Origin: a virus
DNA: 64,000 nt
Reading direction: 5' to 3' (one strand)
IMG/VR virus record: IMGVR_UViG_3300025881_000006
Span: 79,324-143,323 of that record
Position 1 is the stretch's first letter. Each line of letters opens with the position of its first letter. The notes beneath the pieces are model-generated. The model worked only from the letters and a program-made list of their open reading frames with translations, was not told the origin of the DNA and made no database searches. Below are positions 45,961 to 54,281 of this stretch, in pieces. Position numbers and translations under genes: made by a program.

Positions 45961-46683
45961 ATGACAGCTAAAAAGAACACAGGTCGCAAGAAGTCGGCAG
46001 CGACTATTGCTAAAGAAGAACAGGCAAAACAAACTGCTGAAGCAGCGAAGTTAGCCGAGCAGGAATCAGCTAATAAAGATGAGTCTACTAAAGACTCTGA
46101 AGTTGAAACTGCACCTAAGTCCGAAACTCCACCGACTGGTGATGAAGGCGATGCTCCAGCCGCAGGCGATAACGAACTTATACCTGCACCTGCTGAAGGC
46201 GAAGAAGGCGAAGAAGACATGCCTGAAATCGAAGAAGAAGGTGAGTTTTCTGTTGAAGGCCTTAGCCTACCTGCCAAGTTAACTATTCAAACGTTAGAAG
46301 AATATGTAGCTAAGATGGGTAAAGGTGTTATGGTTTCAGAATCTAATGGTATTAATAACCAGATGGGTCTGTATCGTGCTGTTACTAATCTTCTTACATT
46401 AGAAGGTGAAGAGTTCACTGAAGTAATGACTCGCGTATTATCAATCATCCACGCCCATCGTGATGGTGCTTTCAATGATAAGCGTTTGTTCCGTTTCTTT
46501 AACAACCTTAAGTTGGCTAAAGACAGAGCTAAGTCATTCGAGCGTCTATTAAGCTTGTTCACCACTGTTTGCGATCCTACTACCCGTAGTATGACGTTAG
46601 AGCAGGTTAATGTTGAAGAAGCGGTCTCTGGCGTTAAAGACGGTCAGAAGCAACAACAGCTGCTAGCTTACTTTACTAAGTAA
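45961..46683 (+). CDS. conserved phiKZ-like protein with acidic disordered N-terminus
   Basis: E/A/P-rich first half, helical C-terminal domain. Confidence 0.7.
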   Translation: MTAKKNTGRKKSAATIAKEEQAKQTAEAAKLAEQESANKDESTKDSEVETAPKSETPPTGDEGDAPAAGDNELIPAPAEGEEGEEDMPEIEEEGEFSVEGLSLPAKLTIQTLEEYVAKMGKGVMVSESNGINNQMGLYRAVTNLLTLEGEEFTEVMTRVLSIIHAHRDGAFNDKRLFRFFNNLKLAKDRAKSFERLLSLFTTVCDPTTRSMTLEQVNVEEAVSGVKDGQKQQQLLAYFTK

Positions 46684-46699
46684 CTGGTACCCTAGTAAC

Positions 46700-46733
46700 T
46701 GGGAAGGTGTAAAAGCCTTCCCACTATGACCGT
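46700..46733 (+). terminator. hairpin plus TATGACCGT variant
   Basis: TGGGAAGG/CCTTCCCA stem, no U-tract. Confidence 0.7.
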
Positions 46734-46744
46734 GGGAGCCTACA

Positions 46745-47230
46745 ATGCAGACAATTGACGGTGTAGAGATTACACCTGACCAATTACTACAACTGGCTTG
46801 TCAACGTGTTAAAGATGGTGAAAACAACACCAATGCCCATCTGTTAGCGGATGAAGGTATTACGTTTCATGACCTTAACATAGTGACAATGACTAACGAC
46901 GTTGGTGTATCTGTTGCCAGCGTGATGATAGCTAATGGTAACATTCCTTTCACTGATAATGAGTCTACCTATCTACTCTTTGAATCAGGTGGTTATCCAG
47001 AAGCCTTATTAGCGACAGACAAAGGTTATCGATTTACAGATGTCCGTGTACTGTCACTAGCAGATGAAGATGGTGAGACTATTGCGCACCATGCAGCTAA
47101 GCGTGGATACGTTTTTACACAACCTGAAATACTATCAGTGGTGGATAGAAACGGTATCAGCGTGGCTGACTATGTGTATAAGTCTATCCCTGCTAACCCT
47201 ATGCAAACGGTGTCGTACACTAGACACTAA
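46745..47230 (+). CDS. ankyrin-like repeat protein (3-4 repeats)
   Basis: NTNAHLLADEG, NDVGVSVAS, DEDGETIAHHAAKRG, DRNGISVAD. Confidence 0.65.
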   Translation: MQTIDGVEITPDQLLQLACQRVKDGENNTNAHLLADEGITFHDLNIVTMTNDVGVSVASVMIANGNIPFTDNESTYLLFESGGYPEALLATDKGYRFTDVRVLSLADEDGETIAHHAAKRGYVFTQPEILSVVDRNGISVADYVYKSIPANPMQTVSYTRH

Positions 47231-47243
47231 CAACTTGGAGTAA

Positions 47244-47477
47244 ATGATGGAAGCGTTCTTATTACCGATTCTGTATGCTGTTGCTAAGAAAGCAATTGCT
47301 GCACTACTAATGATTACCTTTTGGTTTATCGCTTTGCGTGTTTCAGATAAGTTATTGGATATTAAGTTCAAAACTGAATGGGATGAAATCAAAGACGATA
47401 AGGCTAAAGTTAGCTATTGGAATACGCGAATGATTGCATTCGCTATAATGTTCCTAGGTTGCTTTGCCTTCGTGTAG
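47244..47477 (+). CDS. small two-TM membrane protein (DUF350-like, holin candidate)
   Basis: Two hydrophobic helices around a charged loop; adjacent to the transglycosylase. Confidence 0.55.
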   Translation: MMEAFLLPILYAVAKKAIAALLMITFWFIALRVSDKLLDIKFKTEWDEIKDDKAKVSYWNTRMIAFAIMFLGCFAFV

Positions 47478-47483
47478 TACAAT

Positions 47484-47517
47484 CAGAGAAGCTTAACGGC
47501 TTCTCTGCTTATGCCGT
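47484..47517 (+). terminator. hairpin plus TATGCCGT, no U-tract
   Basis: CAGAGAAGC/GCTTCTCTG; motif at 47510. Confidence 0.8.
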
Positions 47518-47557
47518 AATCCTATGATTTCAATTTAATGTCATGTGAGGTGATAGC

Positions 47558-48286
47558 GTGAAGTATATTAGTGTAGTAATATTTTGTTTGATGATATTGG
47601 GTTGTAGTGAACCTAAGGAACCTGCAACTCCTATAAAGGAAGAAGTAAAACCTGTAGAGGTTAAACCTGATGCAACTGAAGGGCCAGAAGCTCTACAGTT
47701 ATCAGCAGTAGTTGAGGTGGAAGAACCCTCCTCTTTAATAAAGGAAGATATTGTTAGAGATACTTACCAAATTACCGATGCAAGTAAGCTTACAGGTTTA
47801 CAGGCTATAAAGTACGACCTCTACTTTAGACAGTCTATGAAATGGCATATGCCTTATTTAGATTGGCATTGGTTAAAAGCTCAATGTTGGCAGGAAAGTC
47901 GATTTAATCCTAAAGCGGTATCGCCTGTAGGGGCTGGAGGTGTGTGTCAGTTCATGCCGGGTACGTGGACAGATGTACCAGAGGCTATCAGGGAAGGCAG
48001 GGAGGTCTGGGATGCACGTACTAACATAGAAGCAGCGGCTTGGTATGATAATCGCATGTATAACTTCTGGAAGAGTCCTAGACCTATGCAGGATAGGATT
48101 AACTTGATGTTAGCTAGTTATAATGCTGGTGCGGGTAACTTACACAAATCACAAATTAAATGTGGTGACCCTAGTCTGTATGACGATATTATTGTATGTC
48201 TGCCAGATATCACTGGACATCATGCAGCTGAGCCAATTGATTATGTAAAGAAAATAGCTGGATATAAAGGTCAGTTACAATTTTAG
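47558..48286 (+). CDS. lipoprotein soluble-type lytic transglycosylase (SLT domain)
   Basis: Lipobox ILGC; QES catalytic Glu, AVSPVGA.G..QFMPGT, ASYNAG.G, YV..I. Confidence 0.88.
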   Translation: MKYISVVIFCLMILGCSEPKEPATPIKEEVKPVEVKPDATEGPEALQLSAVVEVEEPSSLIKEDIVRDTYQITDASKLTGLQAIKYDLYFRQSMKWHMPYLDWHWLKAQCWQESRFNPKAVSPVGAGGVCQFMPGTWTDVPEAIREGREVWDARTNIEAAAWYDNRMYNFWKSPRPMQDRINLMLASYNAGAGNLHKSQIKCGDPSLYDDIIVCLPDITGHHAAEPIDYVKKIAGYKGQLQF

Positions 48287-48288
48287 AT

Positions 48289-48321
48289 AGGTAGGACTAC
48301 GGTCCTACCTGCTTATGCCGT
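48289..48321 (+). terminator. hairpin plus TATGCCGT, no U-tract
   Basis: AGGTAGGAC-TACG-GTCCTACCT; motif at 48314. Confidence 0.8.
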
Positions 48322-48336
48322 ATCCTAGAGATTTAT

Positions 48337-48349
48337 ACATCTATATTAC
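48337..48349 (+). promoter_or_regulatory. probable early promoter ACATCTATATTAC
   Basis: Contains the phiKZ early consensus TATATTAC and aligns with ACCTACATYAT. Confidence 0.55.
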
Positions 48350-48389
48350 CTTAGTGAATATACACGCAAACCATTCGCTAAGGATTAAC

Positions 48390-48629
48390 ATGAACTACGA
48401 AAGAGTACTACATCAAGTTATATTATCTGATAACGTATCAGAGATTGACCTATCAGAGTTATCCTTAAAGAACGATAACGGTTACACGGTAGCACATACC
48501 GCTGTTTCATTAGGTCTTGCAATAGAACCCAGCAATCCTGCCTTAGAACTTACAGGTGGGAAAGACAACGTCAGTGTGAGAGAGTTGCTTCATCGCTTTC
48601 AACCACAAACCATTCTAACCCATAAATAA
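48390..48629 (+). CDS. small ankyrin-like repeat protein
   Basis: AAGGA SD; NDNGYTVAHTAVSLG...DNVSVRE. Confidence 0.6.
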   Translation: MNYERVLHQVILSDNVSEIDLSELSLKNDNGYTVAHTAVSLGLAIEPSNPALELTGGKDNVSVRELLHRFQPQTILTHK

Positions 48630-48663
48630 ATACAATCAATCCAATACTAAAGGAATCTTTATT

Positions 48664-49008
48664 ATGAGCTTAATCATTAACTTTACAATCTTACTATCTT
48701 TAATCGCAACATTAGTTGTTATGTATGTACCACAGTATAAACAAGTACCGGCATTAGCAGCAGGTACTAACTTAACTAATAACCCTAGAAAACATGCTTG
48801 GGCTATCTTAGTAGGTGGTTACCTTATTACCTTTATTGCAGTGAATGCATTAGGGGCATATAGTCTACCTATCTTAGTACATGTAATACTTACTCCTGTT
48901 CTAGCAGTGGTGCCTGAGTCTACGTATAGCAAGCTTGCTAGTAAGAAGAAGCTAACTATCATCTCTTATGTAGCACTAGCTATCGGTGTTGTAATGACAC
49001 TTGCCTAA
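48664..49008 (+). CDS. multi-pass membrane protein
   Basis: Four hydrophobic segments in 114 aa; AAGGA SD. Confidence 0.7.
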   Translation: MSLIINFTILLSLIATLVVMYVPQYKQVPALAAGTNLTNNPRKHAWAILVGGYLITFIAVNALGAYSLPILVHVILTPVLAVVPESTYSKLASKKKLTIISYVALAIGVVMTLA

Positions 49009-49036
49009 TACGCCTCCAAAGTGTATTGCCGTGACG

Positions 49037-49122
49037 GCGGCATAAGTTACCTACAGTTTGCACTGTAGGCACCTAGAAACATAACACCTCATACAGTTGT
49101 TTAGGCTGTATGGGGTGTTTAT
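49037..49122. terminator. two hairpins between convergent genes; minus-strand TATGCCGC
   Basis: CCTACAG/CTGTAGG and AACACCTCATACAG/CTGTATGGGGTGTT; GCGGCATA at 49037. Confidence 0.7.
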
Positions 49123-49132
49123 GTATTCTTTT

Positions 49133-51019
49133 TTATTTGTGTTGTTCGTTAAATGCTTCTAACAGAGTAGGCATGTCAGGCATGTCTAGAACAGTGGTTG
49201 CAATGTGTACTGCATTAGTTCTAGGTGCTGTCATGTTCAGTGCTGTTGTGCGATAAAGCTTTTCAGGTTTACCTTTAATACGTGATACTTCCCTCCATGT
49301 AGTTTCTTTACTACAGTTAAGTGCTATCTCACCGTGCGGGTATGCCCCTGCCACATCTAAGTCAGCTACGTTGATATTAAGACTACTTTCAACATCAGGT
49401 AGTTCTTCTAGTATCTTTAAGCCACGTTGTGCAGTTAAATGACTAGGTAGTGTAACAATCCAATCCGTCATGTCTACAACGTACTTATCTAAATCATCTT
49501 CCATAGAATCCGAAGTGCTGGCCATGGCCTTACCTTCTTGCTCTAGTACGACAAAGTGTAGGTCATCGCAAAGACGTCTAGGTGTAGATGTAAAACGACT
49601 TAGGTCTGAGTGTCCTAATAACATCCGCATGGTCTTGATGTCATTATTCTTCTCTTCTAACAGTTCAACACCAATACAGTCAAAGATGTTATATACCACA
49701 TATTCAACACGATGGTCAGTCTGCATGACTTGGTGCCACTTCAAACCTTGATATTGACTAGCAGCATCAAACTTCAACTTACCTAAATTCAATTCACGAC
49801 CTAATATAGCATCCAATGAATAACTAGGCTGTTGCGCTTCAGTTACTCGTAGTCTCTTATACAAACACATTGCATCTATAAAGTAGAAACTAGCTGGTGC
49901 AAATACAGTGTGCCATAAATCAGCAGGGTGTTGTGATGTCACTTTACCCGTTGCAGTGGTTTTCTGTAGTTGTCCTTGTTTAAAGTTAAAGCTTCTATAA
50001 GCAGGTGGTATACTTGGATCGCAAAAGATGTCTTCAGGATTAATGTGGTGTCTTGTACAAGACTCTAACATTTTATTAACATCAAACGTAATGTTCCAAA
50101 TAACAACAAAGTCAGGTTGCCATTCATGCGCTTTAGCAAGTATAGCTCTAGTTGCATCACCGTCGTGTTTAACCGTTACTATTTCCAGTTTAATATTACG
50201 GTCTTTCTTATACTTAGCCAACTGCTCATCAAAGCACTGTTCTATCTTTGATTTCATATCCGGCATAATAGAAGCATACTGCTCAGTGATAACAACAAAG
50301 ACTTTATCTTTCATGGTAAGCGAACCTGTAATGATTGGCGTCGCGTGCATTTCTTGAGTCTTCTTAATACTACGTATCTTTTCCTGACAGTCATCGATAT
50401 CACTAGCCAACGAACGCTTCTCACTAGTACGAGTCACTTTACCACTTTCTAATATGGACTGACACTCACTAATGCGTTTACGAAGTCTGATGATGTTATC
50501 TTCTAACTTATACCAACGGTCTTGGTCCTGTTTACTTAGATTCTCAAATACCGTGTTTGTTTCGTAATCCAGTACTGCCACATCAGATGGATAGGATGCA
50601 TCGTTGAACTTTTCGAATGATTTAATATATCGATTCTTAATCAACACACTGGACGAAACGTCTGTACCGTATAGGAAAGGTGACCTTGCCAAGAAAGACA
50701 GTCTAGGGTTACTTACAGGCTTCCCTAAGGCGCGTGCTACTACAACACCCATCTTAACTTGAGTGGATGAGAACTTTTGCAACTTAGAGAGGTCTTCCCA
50801 TTCTTTTTTATCAGCATGGTTACGATGTTTCTCACGGGTTACAAAGAAGTCCTTCTTATAGTTCTGGATTATCCTTAAATTAGATTCCCTACTCCCATCT
50901 TTTGAATGGATGTGTTCTTTTACTACAACGATATCATTCTCTCGTTGTTTATCAGTGAAGTAACATGCATGTATACATTCTACTCCAGCGATATCCTCTT
51001 TAGGTATTTTCGTTGACAT
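49133..51019 (-). CDS. B-family DNA polymerase, exonuclease plus motif A half (phiKZ gp82-like)
   Basis: ExoI LDYET, ExoII WNITFD, ExoIII YNIFD, motif A DLDVAGAYP. Confidence 0.87.
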   Translation of the reverse strand: MSTKIPKEDIAGVECIHACYFTDKQRENDIVVVKEHIHSKDGSRESNLRIIQNYKKDFFVTREKHRNHADKKEWEDLSKLQKFSSTQVKMGVVVARALGKPVSNPRLSFLARSPFLYGTDVSSSVLIKNRYIKSFEKFNDASYPSDVAVLDYETNTVFENLSKQDQDRWYKLEDNIIRLRKRISECQSILESGKVTRTSEKRSLASDIDDCQEKIRSIKKTQEMHATPIITGSLTMKDKVFVVITEQYASIMPDMKSKIEQCFDEQLAKYKKDRNIKLEIVTVKHDGDATRAILAKAHEWQPDFVVIWNITFDVNKMLESCTRHHINPEDIFCDPSIPPAYRSFNFKQGQLQKTTATGKVTSQHPADLWHTVFAPASFYFIDAMCLYKRLRVTEAQQPSYSLDAILGRELNLGKLKFDAASQYQGLKWHQVMQTDHRVEYVVYNIFDCIGVELLEEKNNDIKTMRMLLGHSDLSRFTSTPRRLCDDLHFVVLEQEGKAMASTSDSMEDDLDKYVVDMTDWIVTLPSHLTAQRGLKILEELPDVESSLNINVADLDVAGAYPHGEIALNCSKETTWREVSRIKGKPEKLYRTTALNMTAPRTNAVHIATTVLDMPDMPTLLEAFNEQHK

Positions 51020-51101
51020 TACACAGCTCTCCGTTGGTACTATTTATACTATCTCTATGACACGTATTTTATTAATAGACCTACTATGTAAAGGCAGCCT
51101 C

Positions 51102-52415
51102 ATGAACAGACTATCTCAATATATACCCTCAACTGAGGCTATAGACCATCAGTACGATGGCATTTTCAAGCAAGCATTGATTAACCGCATCAATACTATC
51201 CGTAAAGGCACCGTTAAGATCGATAAAGCCATAATCGACGCAGACCTAGGTAAGTTAATCGGAGTGCATACTGGTATCAACGTTGAAATCAAGGTTGTCA
51301 AAGGCATTGCCGCTCAGATTCAAACTATGGCAATTTCTCCTAATCATCCAATTATTAACGAGATGCGTACTGTAGGGTGGGATAAATCCAGTATCAAGGC
51401 ATACCTACGCGCTAGAGATATCACCGGTGGTGAAGTTGATTTAGCTAAGGGTAAGGTATCTGGGTCGTTTACTAAAGTTGACCATCTCATGTACGTCGGC
51501 ACTACCTTTTTTACTAGGAAGAATATTAACGGTGGATTTGAATATAGCACTGAAGAAATAGCAGCTGTTATCATGCACGAAATGGGTCATGCATTTACGT
51601 ACTTTGAATTAACTGGACGTACTGTAAGAACTAACTACATTATATTAGGCGCAGTACAAAGATTACTTAGTGAGGACGATCGGGCGAAGCGTATTCAACT
51701 TATCATGGATGTTGAAGGTAATACCGGATTTGTAGTGGGCGATAAAGACCGTTTGGTTGATATAAATAAAGATACTGCATATGCCACTGCACTATTAAAA
51801 GCATCTATGGATAAATGTCGTAGTGAATTAGGCGTAAACCTGTATGATAATACGGGGTCAGAGTCACTTGCCGATCAGTATGCAGCACGTCAGGGTTTAG
51901 CTGTACCGCTAGCCACTGCATTGTCTAAGATGTTACGTGAGTATGGACATAGGGACTTAGCGTATAGTCAAAATGCTAATTTATTATTTAACATACTTCA
52001 GTTTAGTAGTATGGTTATCACTTTAGCAGCACCCGTAGGTGGTGCATTTCTACTTGTAAAGGCATTGGTAGCGGCGTTTAATATATCGGCGTTTCTAAAT
52101 ACTGGTAAGTTAGCCGATGAATATGACCGTCCAAAGGAAAGGTTAGAACGTCTACGTAGTCAACTGGTGGAGCAGTTGAAAGATAAATCTATCCCTGCTG
52201 ATATCAGAGCTAGCATTAGTGATGATGTTGATAAGATGGATGACGCTATGTCTTACATCAATAACAATGTCCATTGGTTGGACTTTGTATCTGAATACGT
52301 TATCCCGTACAAACGTAAAGAAGTCAAACAGGTAGAGTTCCAAAAAGGTTTGGAGAAGATGCTCAACAATGAACTGTTTGTCAGTGCCGCTAAATTAGAA
52401 ACATTAAAAGTATAA
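51102..52415 (+). CDS. virion protein with zincin (HExxH) metallopeptidase motif
   Basis: E.IAAVIMHEMGH and ESLADQYA; N-terminal STE-A processing site; hydrophobic segment. Confidence 0.72.
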   Translation: MNRLSQYIPSTEAIDHQYDGIFKQALINRINTIRKGTVKIDKAIIDADLGKLIGVHTGINVEIKVVKGIAAQIQTMAISPNHPIINEMRTVGWDKSSIKAYLRARDITGGEVDLAKGKVSGSFTKVDHLMYVGTTFFTRKNINGGFEYSTEEIAAVIMHEMGHAFTYFELTGRTVRTNYIILGAVQRLLSEDDRAKRIQLIMDVEGNTGFVVGDKDRLVDINKDTAYATALLKASMDKCRSELGVNLYDNTGSESLADQYAARQGLAVPLATALSKMLREYGHRDLAYSQNANLLFNILQFSSMVITLAAPVGGAFLLVKALVAAFNISAFLNTGKLADEYDRPKERLERLRSQLVEQLKDKSIPADIRASISDDVDKMDDAMSYINNNVHWLDFVSEYVIPYKRKEVKQVEFQKGLEKMLNNELFVSAAKLETLKV

Positions 52416-52425
52416 AGGAATCCCC

Positions 52426-52872
52426 ATGAAGAAGTTTACACACCTATCCATGCTAGTTAGCGACCTTAAGGTTATGTTGGATACTAAGAACGTCCAACCC
52501 CAAGACCGTCAAGAAGTGATTGCCTTGGCATTCGCTAAAGTATTAGCATATAACTGCGACCTACCTTCTAGTGAAGTTAACAACCATCGCCGTTACTTCC
52601 TTGAGCAGTTTGAACAAGACTGCAATCAAGTCATCGCTGATTTCAATGAGAAGTTCATTGTTGATGTGACGCTTATTCGTGAGACAACTTATCGTCTTTG
52701 GGCATTACGTTATAACTTAGTGTATCAGCCTGATTCTGTTGACTTGCAAACGTTAGTGAAGTTACCTATCTTTGGTAAGTTAACACCTAAGATGGAAAGT
52801 GAGCAGTACGTTACTGTAGCCACTGCCGTATCTAACCTACTTAAACAGAGCTTCACATCCAAGGTAGAGTAA
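52426..52872 (+). CDS. conserved virion-region hypothetical protein
   Basis: AAGGA SD; lies within the structural operon. Confidence 0.7.
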   Translation: MKKFTHLSMLVSDLKVMLDTKNVQPQDRQEVIALAFAKVLAYNCDLPSSEVNNHRRYFLEQFEQDCNQVIADFNEKFIVDVTLIRETTYRLWALRYNLVYQPDSVDLQTLVKLPIFGKLTPKMESEQYVTVATAVSNLLKQSFTSKVE

Positions 52873-52873
52873 T

Positions 52874-54238
52874 ATGGAACATCCACTACTACAAATCACA
52901 TTAGAAGAGCACGAGGTCAGTGCTCTAGAATTAGCGTTTGAATCATTTGACGTTGAATCTAAACTAGTAATCGATTTAGGCGCACAGGTTCAAGACTGTG
53001 GTGCCTCTAGAGAACTTGCTTTAGCGTTAGAAGATATCAACCCCGGTGCTATTGATAAACGTTATCCTGTTATCTCATTTACACAGGTACCTTCACAGAC
53101 CAATTATGAAGTGGCGATTGAAGGTGTGATGGCTACCAGTGCTAAGATACTTAAGCAGATAGGTGAAGCTATACTTAAGTTTATCAAAAACGTATTTAAA
53201 GCCGTAGCGGATTTATTCAAGGATTTATTCAAGACCTCAGTAGATGTTGAAAAGGTGGAAGAATCGAATCAAGAGTCTGCTAAAGACTTTACAGACTTAG
53301 TACAGGGCGCTGACATTACAGGTAGTCCTATTGTCGAAAAGGTCTTTAAAGGCGAGAAGGATGTACAGCAGGTTCGTGTGCGTGCCGAAAGGGTGAATGG
53401 TCGTATTAAATTCTACAACCCCGCTTCTGGCGATATCAAGTTTAATGAATCCGGTGACCGCAAGGTAGATAAAACGACTGATGAGTTATTACAAGAAGGT
53501 GTAGACCACATTGTTGATACTTTAAACGGTTTGATTATCTATCTACACAACAACCCGTTAGATCATAACGGTCTGGAAGAAACTGGTAAAGGGATGGGTG
53601 AGTTGGGTGAAGAGGTGAATCGTATCTTCTTTCATCTAACGTTATTGCAGGAGAAGGTTGCTGAAGATCGTAATAATAACACATTAACCATGTCTATTAC
53701 AAAGATTAAAGAGCTTAACAAACCTTTTAGTGTAGACTTCTTAATGCCTCTTTTTCAACCTGCTGACTTTACACCTACATCAGGTACCATACGTGAAGAC
53801 ATGACTCGTCTATTACAAGTGTATCGCGACTTAGCTGCTCAGAAGTTTAAATCTAGTGGAGACTTATCTAAGGATAAAGAACTGCAAGGTTTGATGCGCG
53901 GGAGAGTTAATATCTTCGGTAGACTGATGCAAGGTATGGAAGCACAGGTTAAAGTGATGTCTAAGTTAGATAACGATATTAAGAAACTGAAGTTTCCTCC
54001 TGCACTTAATCCTAAAGTTGACTTTGCACCATCATTGGTAAGTGAATATCATGCAAGTGCTAGGGAGCTTTATAATCACCTTAATGAGATGTCTTCCATT
54101 CTATTATCAGCTGCTAATATTATCGGAATGATACTTACATCGCATAAAGCTATTGTTATGGCACGTGCTAAGTACGAATCAACTCGTGTAGATGCATACG
54201 CTGCAATGTCTGACTATCAGTTTTCAAAGGACGTATAA
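52874..54238 (+). CDS. head protein with multiple A/S-X-E processing sites
   Basis: ALE, AFE, ALE, AIE followed by an amphipathic helix. Confidence 0.7.
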   Translation: MEHPLLQITLEEHEVSALELAFESFDVESKLVIDLGAQVQDCGASRELALALEDINPGAIDKRYPVISFTQVPSQTNYEVAIEGVMATSAKILKQIGEAILKFIKNVFKAVADLFKDLFKTSVDVEKVEESNQESAKDFTDLVQGADITGSPIVEKVFKGEKDVQQVRVRAERVNGRIKFYNPASGDIKFNESGDRKVDKTTDELLQEGVDHIVDTLNGLIIYLHNNPLDHNGLEETGKGMGELGEEVNRIFFHLTLLQEKVAEDRNNNTLTMSITKIKELNKPFSVDFLMPLFQPADFTPTSGTIREDMTRLLQVYRDLAAQKFKSSGDLSKDKELQGLMRGRVNIFGRLMQGMEAQVKVMSKLDNDIKKLKFPPALNPKVDFAPSLVSEYHASARELYNHLNEMSSILLSAANIIGMILTSHKAIVMARAKYESTRVDAYAAMSDYQFSKDV

Positions 54239-54281
54239 ACGCATAATAAGAGACGGGCAAACGCCCGTCTCTCTATGCCGT
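54238..54281. terminator. bidirectional terminator with motif on both strands
   Basis: AGAGACGGG/CCCGTCTCT; TATGCCGT at 54274 and AACGCATA at 54238. Confidence 0.85.
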
